Positions 26,780 through 37,593 are shown, counted from the first letter of the stretch. The stretch: DNA of 64,000 nt from Myxococcota bacterium (GCA_039028615.1 JBCCHT010000020.1:149307-213306), one strand, 5' to 3'. Made by a program: numbers and translations. Notes: a model not told the origin generated them from the letters alone.

Positions 26780-27604
26780 TCACATCGTCTCGATCGTCGC
26801 CCGGATGCACCAATTGCCCAGGTCGGCCACATCGACGTCCATCACGTCCATCCACCAGGACACGTTGCAGCCGCCCCAGGCGTCGAGCTGAAAGTACGAC
26901 GTCTCGTGCACGAACGAGGCTTCGCTCACCGAGACCCCCAGCGCCCCTTCCGGGTTCGGCGAGGCGATGCCTATGCAGATCTCCTGGCGATCGATCACCA
27001 GGGGAGGATCGAGGGTGATCGTGTTGAGCCCGCGATGTAGCGAGTCCTCGTCGAACTCTTGCTCGGCCAGCAGCGCGCCCGGACCCGTGCCTCCGTTTTC
27101 GCGGACCTGAATGCTCAAGTCGTCGAGATCGCCTTCGAAGCCCCAGACGGAGAACTCGAACTCCCGCAGGACGAAGGGCGTGGGCAGGTCGGCCTCGAAG
27201 CACTCCTGCATCCACTGCTGTTGCCCGGCCGGCTCGTTGATGTCGCCGTACATGATGCACCACAGCGGAAACTCGCAGGCCGAGAAGTCGTGGTGCTCGA
27301 GCACCTGCTGCATCGGCTCTGGCTCGCCCGTGCTGCCCTCGGCTTCGGGCACCGCCCCGGTGGTGGCCGCGTCGCCATCGTCCATGGCCCCGTCGTCCGC
27401 CTCGGCTCCCATGCCCGAGGTGCCGGGCTCGTCCGTGCTCGGATCGCCCGTCTCGTCTTCGATCTCACCCGTGCTCAGGCCGCCCACCACCGTGGGAACG
27501 GGGCCCGTGCCCTGGCTCGCGGAGTAGGGGCTACATGCCGCCGCTCCCAGTCCCGCCGCTGCGATGATCGTCCACCCTGCCGTCCATCGATTGCCACTGC
27601 TCAT
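26780..27604 (-). CDS. Hypothetical lipoprotein with acidic S/T/G linker
   Basis: LGAAAC lipobox-like; low-complexity linker; Cys-containing beta domain ending GNWCIRA. Confidence 0.7.
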   Translation of the reverse strand: MSSGNRWTAGWTIIAAAGLGAAACSPYSASQGTGPVPTVVGGLSTGEIEDETGDPSTDEPGTSGMGAEADDGAMDDGDAATTGAVPEAEGSTGEPEPMQQVLEHHDFSACEFPLWCIMYGDINEPAGQQQWMQECFEADLPTPFVLREFEFSVWGFEGDLDDLSIQVRENGGTGPGALLAEQEFDEDSLHRGLNTITLDPPLVIDRQEICIGIASPNPEGALGVSVSEASFVHETSYFQLDAWGGCNVSWWMDVMDVDVADLGNWCIRATIETM

Positions 27605-28018
27605 CGTCGTCGTTGCTCCACACCGCTCGAGTTCCAACGCGCGCCCTCGACCGCCGCCCTCCAACCGCAGCCCACGCCGAAGACGCTCATCACCGACGGA
27701 GATCCGCCACCGCGCGCACGAAACCCGTGAGCTTCGAACGCACCGCGCAGCCGCCCTGCCCATGACGAAGTCACCTCCGGCGGGCGCAATTATTCAGCTC
27801 GACGTCGATTTCGCCGCCCCTGGGGCGCAACGCCATCCCACGGAGCTCGAGGGCGACGCCGCCCACGGCGTGCGTGTTGAACCGGCGCCCCCGGCCGTGC
27901 GCAAGCGCCATGCGCTCGGCTCGCTCTCGGTCCCTGCCACGCTTGCAGGAGCGACGTTCAACGCTAAATACGACGCCGACACGAGCGGCACCACAACCGG
28001 GTCGCAAGGGATGATGAC

Positions 28019-31000
28019 ATGAGCACGACTACGAGAGCTTCGACGGCCGTCGTTCGCGGAATGCTGGCCTTGGCCCTGACCCTGGGTGCCGGGTGTACGA
28101 TCGACGTCGACCCCGGCGAACTCGAGGCCCTGCCGCTCCAGCCGACCGAGCGCTTCGTGACCGGCTCGACGTTTTTCCTGCCGCTGCCCGAGCAGAGCAA
28201 GTGGACGCTCGCCAGCGCGCCCGAGGGCAACCAAAACGAGGTGGTGGCCGGCAACGATGGCTACGCTCGCTTCACGCCGATCGTCCCCGGTGAGTACGAG
28301 TTCGTGGTCGATGCCACCGACGAGCGGCGCACGCTGACCGCCGTCGAGCAGTTCCCCTACGAGCACTTCAACTACTATCAGACCTCGTCGATGGCGCTGG
28401 TCGACGGCCAGCTGTGGGTCGCCAATCTCTTCGATCCCCATATCAGCCGCGTCGACCCCGACAGCGGGCAGGTGCAGGGCACGGTCCGGGTCGGACCATG
28501 GCCGGTCGCCCTCGCCCATGCCGAAGACCAGGGCGTCGTCTTGGTCGCCCACAAGGCGGGAGACACCGTCGGCTTCGTCGACACGGCCGAGGGAATCCTG
28601 CTCGACTCCGTGTGGGTCGGTGACGAGCCGGCGGAGATCAAGGTCTCGCCCGATGGCGCCACCGCTTACGTCAGCCTCGCCACCGAGGACGCGATCGCCG
28701 TGGTCGACGTGCCGAGCCGCTCCGTCGTCGGCCGGGTCGAGACCAACGCCAACGCCACGTCCATGGCGCTGTCCGACGACGGCCGCACGCTATTCGTGGC
28801 CAGCTACCGCTCGGGGGTCGGCGACCGGCAGATCTTCGACGCCGACGAGCGAGCCGATCGTTTCGACATCGCGGTCGTCGACACCGAGACCCTCGAGGTC
28901 ACCGACTACATCCCCTCCGTGGGCGCGACCATCGGGGGCCTGCTCCTCGACGCGGGCGTCCTCTATGTCGCCGCGACCCGCGTCGCCCTCGAAGAGCTGT
29001 CCCCCCTCAACGAGGACAGCCGCGCCTTCCAGCACGTGGTGGCCGCCTACGACACGTCCATGCTGACCGAGATCGCCTCGGCCGACATCGGGCGTCAGGC
29101 CAGCGCGCCCGACTTCGCGGTGCGCCCCTTCGGGATGACGATGGCCGGGGACACCCTGTGGGTCACCACCGAGGGCTCCGACCTCGTGGTGGGCCTGAGC
29201 CCCGCGGACCTGACCGAGAGCACCCGCTTCTCCGCCGCCGGGCGGCCCCGCACCATCACCTCCGACGGCAACCGCCTCTTCGTCCATGGTGCCCAGGGCT
29301 ACACGGTGACCATGGCGGACGACGTGGGCAACGTGACCGGCACCGCGCAGCTGAGCGGCGACCCGCGACCGGCTGGCGTCGCCGTGGGCCAGGCGATCTA
29401 CACGGGCGTCGGCGAGCGCGGCGGCAACAACCACAGCTGCGCCGACTGCCACGTCGACGGCCTCACCGACGGCAACGTCTGGAACGCCGGCTTCTCGCTG
29501 TCCGCCAGCCGCCCGATGTTCTGGATGGAGGGCACCTCCCCCATCGGCTGGGAGGGCGACGCCTACGACCTGCGCTCCTACCTGTTCGGCAGCCCCGCGC
29601 CCACCATCGGCATCATCCCCAGCACCGAGTCACTCAACGGCGTCTACGACTACCTCGCCGCCTTCGTGCCTCCGCCCGCGGCCAACGGCTGGACGGAGCG
29701 CGACGGCAGCCTCACCGAGGACGGCCTGCGCGGCAAGGCGCTGTTCGACGGCCAGGGCAACTGCGCCAGCTGTCACGCCGGCCCCCTCACCACCCAGGGC
29801 CTGCGCCTGCCCAACGGCGGCACCGACGACGCGCACCCCATCGTCGTCCCCAGCCTGGTGGGCTCCTATCGCCACACCTTCTGGCTGGTGAACGGAGCCG
29901 CGCGCACGCTCGAAGAGGCGGTGGTGGCCATGCTCCCGCTGTCGAACACCACCCTGACCGACGACGAGGTCGTCGACGTGGCCCAGTACCTGCGCGAGCT
30001 GACCGCCCGCGAGTTCTTCGTGCTGTCCACCACCCCGAACACCGGGGCGCAGCAGGCCCGCAACGACGGGCCGATCCTCGCCACGATGTCGCACCCGGTC
30101 TTCGACGACCCCGACAACCTCGCCCGCGTCGGCCTGCGCTCGGAGCAAGGTGACACCGTCGACATCGAGGTCGAGGCGGAGGGCCGTCGCCTCACCATCA
30201 CCCCCGCCGCCGCGCTCGACCCTGGCCTGCGCTACGAGCTGGTCTTCGCCGAGGACTTCGAGGCCTTTGCGGGGTGGACCCTGGGCGCCGAGTCGACCCA
30301 CGCGTTCACCGTCGCGGCTGCGCCCGCGCTGCGGCTCGAGGGCGACTACATCATTACCGTCGAGCACCCCAACATCGACCAGGAGCTCGGCCGCTACGAC
30401 GACAGCGTGACCTTCTCGATCCCGCTGGCCATGACCGCCAACCCCACCAGCTACGGCGCGGTGCTCGACAACCAGCCCACCGAGAACATCGAGTGGAGCT
30501 ATGACGTCGTCGTCGCAGGGGACGTGGCCCATTTCCCGCCCTTTGCGTTCCCCGCGGGGCCCGACGGCTTCCTGAACCGCAGCTTCCCCTCCGAGATCAC
30601 CCTCGTCGACGACGATGGCGACGGCGTGGCGGACAGCGGCTCGAGCACCCTGTTCTTCCGCAGCCCCGGGCTCGAGGCCAACGACGTGCGCTGGACCATC
30701 GAGCGGCCCGGCGAAGCGCCGACCGGCTGCGACGGCCAAGAAGGTGACAACCCGATCGACCTCACCGTCGACGACGCGGGCCGCCCCACCATCGACTGGA
30801 GCGCCGACACGGAGGGCCTGGGCTACTACGTGACCGATCCCGACGCCGTGCCGCCCATGGGCCCCGGCCCGGTCACGGGCGGCGAGACCTACTGGGCCGT
30901 CGGCACCGCGGCCTTCCCCGATGGTTTCCGCGGACCCGTGGTGTACGGCGAGGTGCCCGAGGGCGGCGTCGATGCCAGCGAGGACAGCGATGCGCCCGCG

Positions 31001-31099
31001 GGTGGAGCCGAGCTACCCCCGAGCACGTGCATCAAGCTGACGGTGATCTTCACCGACTTCAGCACCACCACGCTGCGCTACGAGACCCCGGCCGGCTGA
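28019..31099 (+). CDS. Lipoprotein: YVTN/YncE beta-propeller + di-heme cytochrome c (CCP/MauG-like) + Big_5 Ig-like domain
   Basis: LGAGC lipobox; VGPWP/VGDEP propeller blades; CADCH and CASCH; RGKALF; SHPV...LTITPAAALDPGLRYEL. Confidence 0.85.
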   Translation: MSTTTRASTAVVRGMLALALTLGAGCTIDVDPGELEALPLQPTERFVTGSTFFLPLPEQSKWTLASAPEGNQNEVVAGNDGYARFTPIVPGEYEFVVDATDERRTLTAVEQFPYEHFNYYQTSSMALVDGQLWVANLFDPHISRVDPDSGQVQGTVRVGPWPVALAHAEDQGVVLVAHKAGDTVGFVDTAEGILLDSVWVGDEPAEIKVSPDGATAYVSLATEDAIAVVDVPSRSVVGRVETNANATSMALSDDGRTLFVASYRSGVGDRQIFDADERADRFDIAVVDTETLEVTDYIPSVGATIGGLLLDAGVLYVAATRVALEELSPLNEDSRAFQHVVAAYDTSMLTEIASADIGRQASAPDFAVRPFGMTMAGDTLWVTTEGSDLVVGLSPADLTESTRFSAAGRPRTITSDGNRLFVHGAQGYTVTMADDVGNVTGTAQLSGDPRPAGVAVGQAIYTGVGERGGNNHSCADCHVDGLTDGNVWNAGFSLSASRPMFWMEGTSPIGWEGDAYDLRSYLFGSPAPTIGIIPSTESLNGVYDYLAAFVPPPAANGWTERDGSLTEDGLRGKALFDGQGNCASCHAGPLTTQGLRLPNGGTDDAHPIVVPSLVGSYRHTFWLVNGAARTLEEAVVAMLPLSNTTLTDDEVVDVAQYLRELTAREFFVLSTTPNTGAQQARNDGPILATMSHPVFDDPDNLARVGLRSEQGDTVDIEVEAEGRRLTITPAAALDPGLRYELVFAEDFEAFAGWTLGAESTHAFTVAAAPALRLEGDYIITVEHPNIDQELGRYDDSVTFSIPLAMTANPTSYGAVLDNQPTENIEWSYDVVVAGDVAHFPPFAFPAGPDGFLNRSFPSEITLVDDDGDGVADSGSSTLFFRSPGLEANDVRWTIERPGEAPTGCDGQEGDNPIDLTVDDAGRPTIDWSADTEGLGYYVTDPDAVPPMGPGPVTGGETYWAVGTAAFPDGFRGPVVYGEVPEGGVDASEDSDAPAGGAELPPSTCIKLTVIFTDFSTTTLRYETPAG

Positions 31100-31119
31100 G
31101 CCCGCCCGACGTCGTCACC

Positions 31120-31153
31120 ACGCCCGCTCGTCGATGCATCGGCGGGCGGGCGT
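31120..31153. terminator. Hairpin between convergent genes
   Basis: ACGCCCGCTCGTCGAT / ATCGGCGGGCGGGCGT stem with G-U pairs. Confidence 0.5.
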
Positions 31154-31169
31154 TCGTTCGTGGTTTCGG

Positions 31170-31436
31170 CTACCCACCGTCGACGATCTCGTACTCCACG
31201 AGCCATTCGCTGCCATCGGGGAGCGTGTACGAGAACTCGGCGATGCCCTGCCCGACGTGGACGAGGATCTCGGCGCCCACCAGCTCGGGGCGTTTGTCCG
31301 ATTCGTAGACCACGAAGCGGCCCCCCTGGAAGGGCCGCGGCTCATCGCACGACTCCTCGTGACAGGCCGTCGCCCCCACGAAGACGCCCAGCATGAGGCT
31401 CCCGATCACGGTGAAGAGCTTGCCCGCGCGATTCAT
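31170..31436 (-). CDS. Small hypothetical lipoprotein
   Basis: Signal-like segment ending GATAC; ATGA overlap with upstream gene. Confidence 0.65.
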   Translation of the reverse strand: MNRAGKLFTVIGSLMLGVFVGATACHEESCDEPRPFQGGRFVVYESDKRPELVGAEILVHVGQGIAEFSYTLPDGSEWLVEYEIVDGG

Positions 31437-31714
31437 GGCACTCGCTCCGCCCGCAGGCGCCCCGCACCGGCGAGGTCGAACTCGAACGATGCCGTATCCC
31501 CATCGTCGTAGGCCCGGATGGCAAACGTCCAGAAGTCTCGCTCGACGCTAGAGTCTCCATCCCCCTCGATGCGGTGCCGATCGAGTTGAAGTTCTTGGTC
31601 GAGAGGGCAACCCAGCGCGGTCGCAACGGGAAGGGTGCGACCGCCCACTACACCCAGGCCGAACGCCAACCCCACCGCGAGAATCCACGCTCGCTCTACT
31701 AAACCGTAAGTCAT
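31433..31714 (-). CDS. Small hypothetical exported protein
   Basis: N-terminal hydrophobic segment; TAGGCT 9 nt before ATG; stop overlaps next start. Confidence 0.6.
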   Translation of the reverse strand: MTYGLVERAWILAVGLAFGLGVVGGRTLPVATALGCPLDQELQLDRHRIEGDGDSSVERDFWTFAIRAYDDGDTASFEFDLAGAGRLRAERVP

Positions 31715-31767
31715 AACGCTGGAAGCCTAGCCCGAAATTCCACGAACGTCGGCCCAGCTTCGCGCAT

Positions 31768-31801
31768 AAAAAGGGCGCCGCAGGAGCAAACCCGCGGCGC
31801 C
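31768..31801 (-). terminator. Intrinsic terminator of the 31821-34940 gene
   Basis: GGCGCCGC stem pair followed by CTTTTT on the minus strand. Confidence 0.75.
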
Positions 31802-31820
31802 TCTCGGTGATGAACGATGC

Positions 31821-34800
31821 CTACGGCACGACGAAGGTGACCGAACCTTGTTGGAAGCTCGTGCTCAACACCGTGGCCTTCACGCATTCACCGGGCTGGA
31901 GCGTGGCCGGTCCTGCGCCACCGCCCACGACCTCCGTCTCGTCCGCAGCGCCCTCGGGCACCACACCGTAGGTCACCGGTCCGCCGAAGCCGTTCGGGAA
32001 CATGGCCGCCTGCACGGCCCAGAACACCTCGCCGCCCGTCACCTGCTGCCCTGGGCCCGCGGGCGGGAGGGCATCCGGTCCGATGAAGTAGACCCCGAGC
32101 CCGTCGGGCTCCGCGGAGCCCCAGTCGACGACCGGGCCGTCCTTGGTCCACTCCATGGTCACCGCCAAGTCGCCTTCGCTGCCCTCGTTGCAGTCGCCCC
32201 CCGTGGGTGGGCGGGTCAGTCGCCAGACGATGCCCGACTCGAGGAAGCCGGGGCCGGAGATGGTCACCGTGCCCTCGGCGTAGTCGCCCACGCCATCGCC
32301 GTCCTCATCCACGAAGGTCGCCTCCAAGCCAGTGCCGTCGGCAAAGCTCGGGCCGATGGGGATCGGCAGCGGCGGGCTCTTGAGCATGTCGCCGTCGACC
32401 ACGAAGTCGCGCTCGAGCAGAAGGTCCTGACCGTAGTCGACCACCACCGCCCCGCCCGCGTCGGTGGACGTCGCGGAGAAGTCGACCAAGACCGCCAGGG
32501 TGTTGTCGAGATCGAAGGCCTGCGCCTCCAGGTCGGCGGTGGGCATGTCCACCGTCCAGCGGTATGCCCCGTCGAGCCGCAACGAAGGCGCCGCCGCGGT
32601 CCGCAGCGGGATCTCCCACGCCGTCGGCGGGTCGGCGTCGGGGCTCCACAGCGTGCCCTGGTCGAAGCTCTCGAACGCCGGATCGACGACCACCGTGTAC
32701 TCGGTGCCGTGGCTCAGCGCGGAGGTCGGGGTCAGCGTCACATGACGCCCGTCTTCCGAGACCGTTCGGTCGAGCGAGACCTCGGTGCCGTCGGCCGCCA
32801 CCAGGGCCACCAGCGCCAAGTTGGCCGCGTCCTGGAACACCGGGTGCGAGAAGATGACCTCGATGCTCTCGTCGGTCGCAATGGCGTCTTCCCCCGTCCG
32901 CGGCTCGCTCGACAGCACGAAGAAGTCGCGCGCTGTCATCTCGAACAGGTAGCGATCGAGCGCCGCCCGCTCGTCCGTGGTCAGCTGGGGATCGCCGAGG
33001 TTGGCGAACACCTCGTCGACCGCCTCGTGCAGCGAGGTCGCCTCGCCGCGCTTGAGCCACACGCCCAGGCGGTAGCTGCCGATGAGGCCGGGGATGTCGG
33101 TCGTGCCCTCGGTGACCCCCTGGCCGAGCACCGCCCGGGTCGTGGTCAGCGGTAGCGGGTGGCAGCTGGCGCAGTTGGCCTTGCCCTCGTAGATCGCCTT
33201 GCCCTCGAGCCCCAGCTCGGACAGTGAGCCGTCGCGCTCAGTGAGCCCGTTGGCGGCCGGGGGCGGCATCATCGACGACAGGTAGGCCGACAGCGCCTGA
33301 TGCTCGGGCGTCGTCACCCGAATGCCCACGTTCGTGTTCACGGTGAGCGCGTAGTTGTCGATCGAGCTGAGGTACCCGTCCCAGCCCAGCGGGTAGGTGC
33401 CCTCCATCCAGAAGAACGGACGACTGACCTTCTCACCCGAGAAGGGCCCCGCGTTCCACACGATGGTGTCCGAGAGCCCGTCGACATGGCACGCGTTGCA
33501 GGACCAGTTCTGCGCGTACTGACGCCCCGCGCCCGTGAAGTAGGCCTGCCCCGCCGCGACGTCGGTGGGCCGATTGTCCGCGGTCGTCACCGTGCTGCTC
33601 ACCTCGTCGAGGCCGCGAATCCGGGTCAGCGACGTGCCCTGCGAGCCGTGGGCGAACACGTCGCCCGTGGTGGGGTCGGCGGTGACGCTGCGCGGGCGCC
33701 CCGGCACGTCCACCCGACCGAGCTCGGCCAGGCTGTCGGGGTCGAGCGCCACCGCCAGGTCCGAGCTCTCGGCCACCACCCACAGCCGCCCGCCGGCCAG
33801 GGTCATGCCGTGCAGCGACACCGCGAAGCCCGGCGAGCTGTCCTGGCGCCCCACGTCGGTCGAGCGCAGCAGGTCGCCCGTGGCCGGGTCGAACACCGCG
33901 ATCTCGTACATGAAGTTGGCCTCGTCCTCCGCCCCCAGCGAGGCCTCGGTATCGTTGACCAGGCGCGACAGGTAAATTTCGTTGGTGTCCTCGCGGTACA
34001 TCAGGTCGGTCAGCGTCGTGCCGACATCGATCCACCAGTCCACCACCTCGGCCGCCTCGGTATCGATGACCGCGATGTCGCGCTCCTCCTCGATGGGATC
34101 GTCCTCGAAGGGATAGCGGCTCGCCTGCCCCGAGCGATGGCTCGCCACCCACAGCCGGCTGCCGTCGGGCGACAGCGTCATCGCCAGCGGGTCGGTGCCC
34201 ACGTCGATCCGCGCCCGTCGTACCCGCGCCTCGAGGTCGACCACCGCCACCGCGTCTTCTCCCTTGAGCGCCACGTAGGCCGTCGTGCCGTCGGCATCGA
34301 GCACCACGTTGGCCGGCTCGTCACCCACCCAGATCGAGTCGATCAGCCGGCCGCTCTCCACGTCGACCAAGCCCAGCGTGTCCCCGCCGCGCTGGACCAC
34401 CACCGCGAAGCTCATCCCCTCGCGCCAGCCCACCGACACCGGCCACGGGCCGACCTGAATCTCGGCCACCGGCTGCATCGACGCCGGATCGACGCGGGTG
34501 ATCGTCGGCACCTGCACATTGGCCACCCACAGCTCCCCGCCCACCTGCGCCACCGCATGCGACGCGTAGTAGTTGAGGTTGTAGAACGGTCGCTCCGACG
34601 CCGCCACCACGCCCAGCTCCTGCGTGCGCTCCTCGTCGCCGCCGGTCAGCGTCATCGTGTATTGACCGGGCGTCGTGGGCGTCAGCCGCCAATAACCATC
34701 GGCCCCCGCCACCACCACATCTTCGCTCCCCTCCGGCTGATCGCTCAGCGTCCACCGCAACGCCTCACAGCTGCTGTCCTTGGACACTTCTGGCAGGTAG

Positions 34801-34940
34801 TAGGTCTGACCGACCACAAACCGCTCATCGACCTGCCGCGGGAGCTCGGACTCGAGACATGCATCGGTTTCGACCTGGCAGGCGGGCAGCAAAACACCGA
34901 ACAAAGCCGGCGCCGCGAGAAGGCACGCAAGGCGATTCAT
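31821..34940 (-). CDS. Paralog of 28019-31099: beta-propeller + di-heme cytochrome c + Big_5 lipoprotein
   Basis: LLPAC lipobox; CNACH and CASCH; shared blocks DSxWVGDEPA, PPPAANGxTERDGSL, TARxFFVLS, VTGGExxWAV. Confidence 0.85.
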   Translation of the reverse strand: MNRLACLLAAPALFGVLLPACQVETDACLESELPRQVDERFVVGQTYYLPEVSKDSSCEALRWTLSDQPEGSEDVVVAGADGYWRLTPTTPGQYTMTLTGGDEERTQELGVVAASERPFYNLNYYASHAVAQVGGELWVANVQVPTITRVDPASMQPVAEIQVGPWPVSVGWREGMSFAVVVQRGGDTLGLVDVESGRLIDSIWVGDEPANVVLDADGTTAYVALKGEDAVAVVDLEARVRRARIDVGTDPLAMTLSPDGSRLWVASHRSGQASRYPFEDDPIEEERDIAVIDTEAAEVVDWWIDVGTTLTDLMYREDTNEIYLSRLVNDTEASLGAEDEANFMYEIAVFDPATGDLLRSTDVGRQDSSPGFAVSLHGMTLAGGRLWVVAESSDLAVALDPDSLAELGRVDVPGRPRSVTADPTTGDVFAHGSQGTSLTRIRGLDEVSSTVTTADNRPTDVAAGQAYFTGAGRQYAQNWSCNACHVDGLSDTIVWNAGPFSGEKVSRPFFWMEGTYPLGWDGYLSSIDNYALTVNTNVGIRVTTPEHQALSAYLSSMMPPPAANGLTERDGSLSELGLEGKAIYEGKANCASCHPLPLTTTRAVLGQGVTEGTTDIPGLIGSYRLGVWLKRGEATSLHEAVDEVFANLGDPQLTTDERAALDRYLFEMTARDFFVLSSEPRTGEDAIATDESIEVIFSHPVFQDAANLALVALVAADGTEVSLDRTVSEDGRHVTLTPTSALSHGTEYTVVVDPAFESFDQGTLWSPDADPPTAWEIPLRTAAAPSLRLDGAYRWTVDMPTADLEAQAFDLDNTLAVLVDFSATSTDAGGAVVVDYGQDLLLERDFVVDGDMLKSPPLPIPIGPSFADGTGLEATFVDEDGDGVGDYAEGTVTISGPGFLESGIVWRLTRPPTGGDCNEGSEGDLAVTMEWTKDGPVVDWGSAEPDGLGVYFIGPDALPPAGPGQQVTGGEVFWAVQAAMFPNGFGGPVTYGVVPEGAADETEVVGGGAGPATLQPGECVKATVLSTSFQQGSVTFVVP

Positions 34941-35388
34941 GCCCGCCTATATGAAGCACCGAAACAACGTTGTCCACGGAATCGGGCCCCAAATGGGCGT
35001 TGATGGCCTCGCACAGCCCCTCGCGCTCCGCGCCCACGCCATGTCGATGCGCGACATCCACCCTCGCCGCGCGCCCGTCGCGGATCCCTCCCTCTAGATC
35101 CGCGGCTCTACCGCAGCGGGAGGTCCGCTATTGAACGCGCGCGGCACGTGCCAACAACCACCTGGATGAACCGACGGCAGCGATGTGCCGAAGACGACGA
35201 TCGAATGTGGTCGAAGTGGTCCATCCAAGAGGCACTCGATCTACGAAACGAGAGGCCAATCTCGAGAGCGCCCAGATCGAAGGCGCAGTGTTCGACGGTG
35301 CCACCCGGGCTCGGCACGCAGGCCTCGAGACGGCAACCGACCCCCTGGGAGTAGCGAACCTGGTCGCTTCGTCGTGCCCGTCTCGCCG

Positions 35389-37593
35389 CTACTGCAACAT
35401 CGCGGTCAGCGATAGAGAATCGAAGATCACCGGCCTGCTCGGCACGGGGCCATTGTTGTACACCCAGATCTCCAGCGTGACCGACTGCCCGGCGAACGCC
35501 TCCAGATCCATGTCGATGATATCGACCGTGGAGTCGGCACGGGTGACGGTGACCGAGGCGTTTGTGAGCGCGGAGCCGCCGCTGTCACGGACGAGGAAGT
35601 TGACCAGGGCGGTATCGGTGTTGGGCGCGATGAGCGGGAAGCCGACCTCGGCGCGGATATGAGGGGCCAGGACGAAGCCATTGATGAGGTTGAGGTTGGC
35701 GGGGAGCCGCAGGTCGATGCTTCCCGTGGCGTGGCCGAACCAACCGGAGGCGGGGGTCATGCCGAACATCGAGCCGTCCCAGAGCTTGCCGTCCTCCATC
35801 TTCGCCGAGGTGGTTCCGACGCCGGGTGCACCGTTGGGGGCCCCGTACGTCAAGGGTGTCCCCCCCGACCGCCAAGACGAGAAGTTGCCCGCGTAGGGCA
35901 CCAGCGAGAACACCGAGGGGTTGAGGCCGGCGGCGAGATAGGCGACCTCGACCCCGAACAACTCGGTGGAGCCCTCGCCGAATTCGTCGGCGGCGGCGTC
36001 TCGGAGCGCGTCGGCCAACTCCACGGCCGAGACCTCGCCCGGGCTCAGGTAGTTGGTGATCGTCTCGTAGTAGAGGTTGCGGACGTCCTCGCTCCCGATG
36101 GTCGGCACCATGACGTTGGAATGCGGATGAATGCCGCCGTCCTCGCTCGCCAACAAGGCAAAGGGCAAGCTGAGGATCTGAGAATTTGCGTACTGCCAGT
36201 CTGCCGCCGCGACGTACTCGGAGTAGTGGTCGCCGTCGACGGGCGGCTCGAGTAGGTTACGCGTGACGTCGGGCTCGTTGGTTTCTCCGGCGAGGATGAA
36301 GTCCTCTTCGCCCGTGCCATTGCCGAAGTCGAGCTCGACGAGGGTGCCGAACACGTCCGCGACATGCTCGTGGAAGGACTGGCCTTGGTGGGTGTCGTAG
36401 GAATAGCCTTCTTCCAGCAAGACGTCGTGGGTGAACTCGTGCCCGACGACATCCAAGGGCGTCCAAATCTGGTCGTCCACACCGCTGCCGAACCTGAAGA
36501 CGCCGTTGCCGAGCGCCATCGCGTTCCACTGGTACGCGGAGAAACCCGGGTTGTTGAAGCTCGCGTCGTAGCCCATCTTGATGTTGCCCCCGCTACCGTC
36601 GTAGCTGGACCGCCCGAAGCGCGAGTTGAAGAAGTCGAGCACCTTGCCCATGTTGTCGTGACCGAGCACGGGCTGCTCCTGCACCTCTTCGCACCAATGG
36701 TTATCGGTGTCGGTGAAGGGTGCGGCCTGAGTCCACGTGACCGAACCGCCTTGGTCGTACCCGCGGATCTTGCCCGGCCGGGTGCGATCATGGAGGTGGT
36801 ATTGCGCCCCCCACGGGCGGGTGGTGTTGATGCTGATGCTGTTGCCGAAGGGATCGCAGGCGGTCCCGGTGAGCTGGTGGGTGATGAACTTGGAGCGCAG
36901 CACCTCACCCGAGTGCGCGTCGACCATCAACTGAGCACTGCCCGGAAAATCCTCGGCGAGCACGGAGAGCGACCAGACCAGGTGCGCTTCGCCATCGTCC
37001 ACCAGCGCGAGCAGCTCGGGCGTGGTGTACACGTAGAACTCGCCCTCGACCGCGTAGTATTCGCGAACGCGCTGCTCCAGCGCTCCGGCCCCGAGCGTCG
37101 GGATGGGCTCGAATGCTCCGGGCTCGTCGACGCGATGGGTTCGCGCCTGGAGCGACGCGACTCGGCCATCGCCGCGGACATGGACGACGACTTCGCCCTG
37201 GAACACGGGAACCCCGGCGAGTCGTTGCTGGTAGCGAACGTGGGTGACCTCCGAGGTCGAGTCCGTGGTGGCCCGGGTCAGCGAGATGCCGTCTCGCTCG
37301 CGCCAGAGCATCGGCAGCCGCTCGAGGGTTTCATCGGCGATCACCTCGGGCGCGCGCGGATCCGGCTCGTGCAGCGGCCCACGCAGGTGCACCGTGCCCT
37401 CGTCTCGGTCGTAGCTGGCCACCTCCAGCTCGGGACGGGCGACGAGCAGGGCCTCGATCGAAGCCCCGCTGTCGTCAGCCTCCTCGGCCTCTGCTCGCTC
37501 GTCGATCTCGGGGTCGAAGGGCTCCGGCTCGACACACGCCGAGGCCAGACCAAGCAGGGCAAGGCCGGTGAGAGACACGCTATTTCGAGACAT
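35389..37593 (-). CDS. M4 (thermolysin) family metallopeptidase, lipoprotein, with FTP/PepSY propeptide and C-terminal beta domain
   Basis: LASAC; HVRYQQRLAGVPV; VDAHSGEV; FGRSSYDGSG; DVVGHEFTH; HEHVADVFG. Confidence 0.9.
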   Translation of the reverse strand: MSRNSVSLTGLALLGLASACVEPEPFDPEIDERAEAEEADDSGASIEALLVARPELEVASYDRDEGTVHLRGPLHEPDPRAPEVIADETLERLPMLWRERDGISLTRATTDSTSEVTHVRYQQRLAGVPVFQGEVVVHVRGDGRVASLQARTHRVDEPGAFEPIPTLGAGALEQRVREYYAVEGEFYVYTTPELLALVDDGEAHLVWSLSVLAEDFPGSAQLMVDAHSGEVLRSKFITHQLTGTACDPFGNSISINTTRPWGAQYHLHDRTRPGKIRGYDQGGSVTWTQAAPFTDTDNHWCEEVQEQPVLGHDNMGKVLDFFNSRFGRSSYDGSGGNIKMGYDASFNNPGFSAYQWNAMALGNGVFRFGSGVDDQIWTPLDVVGHEFTHDVLLEEGYSYDTHQGQSFHEHVADVFGTLVELDFGNGTGEEDFILAGETNEPDVTRNLLEPPVDGDHYSEYVAAADWQYANSQILSLPFALLASEDGGIHPHSNVMVPTIGSEDVRNLYYETITNYLSPGEVSAVELADALRDAAADEFGEGSTELFGVEVAYLAAGLNPSVFSLVPYAGNFSSWRSGGTPLTYGAPNGAPGVGTTSAKMEDGKLWDGSMFGMTPASGWFGHATGSIDLRLPANLNLINGFVLAPHIRAEVGFPLIAPNTDTALVNFLVRDSGGSALTNASVTVTRADSTVDIIDMDLEAFAGQSVTLEIWVYNNGPVPSRPVIFDSLSLTAMLQ

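Noticed and set aside
35183..35388. Pentapeptide-repeat-like stretch ANLESAQIEGAVFDGA
   Set aside because: Only about three repeats, no credible start, frame runs antisense into the M4 gene; at most a remnant
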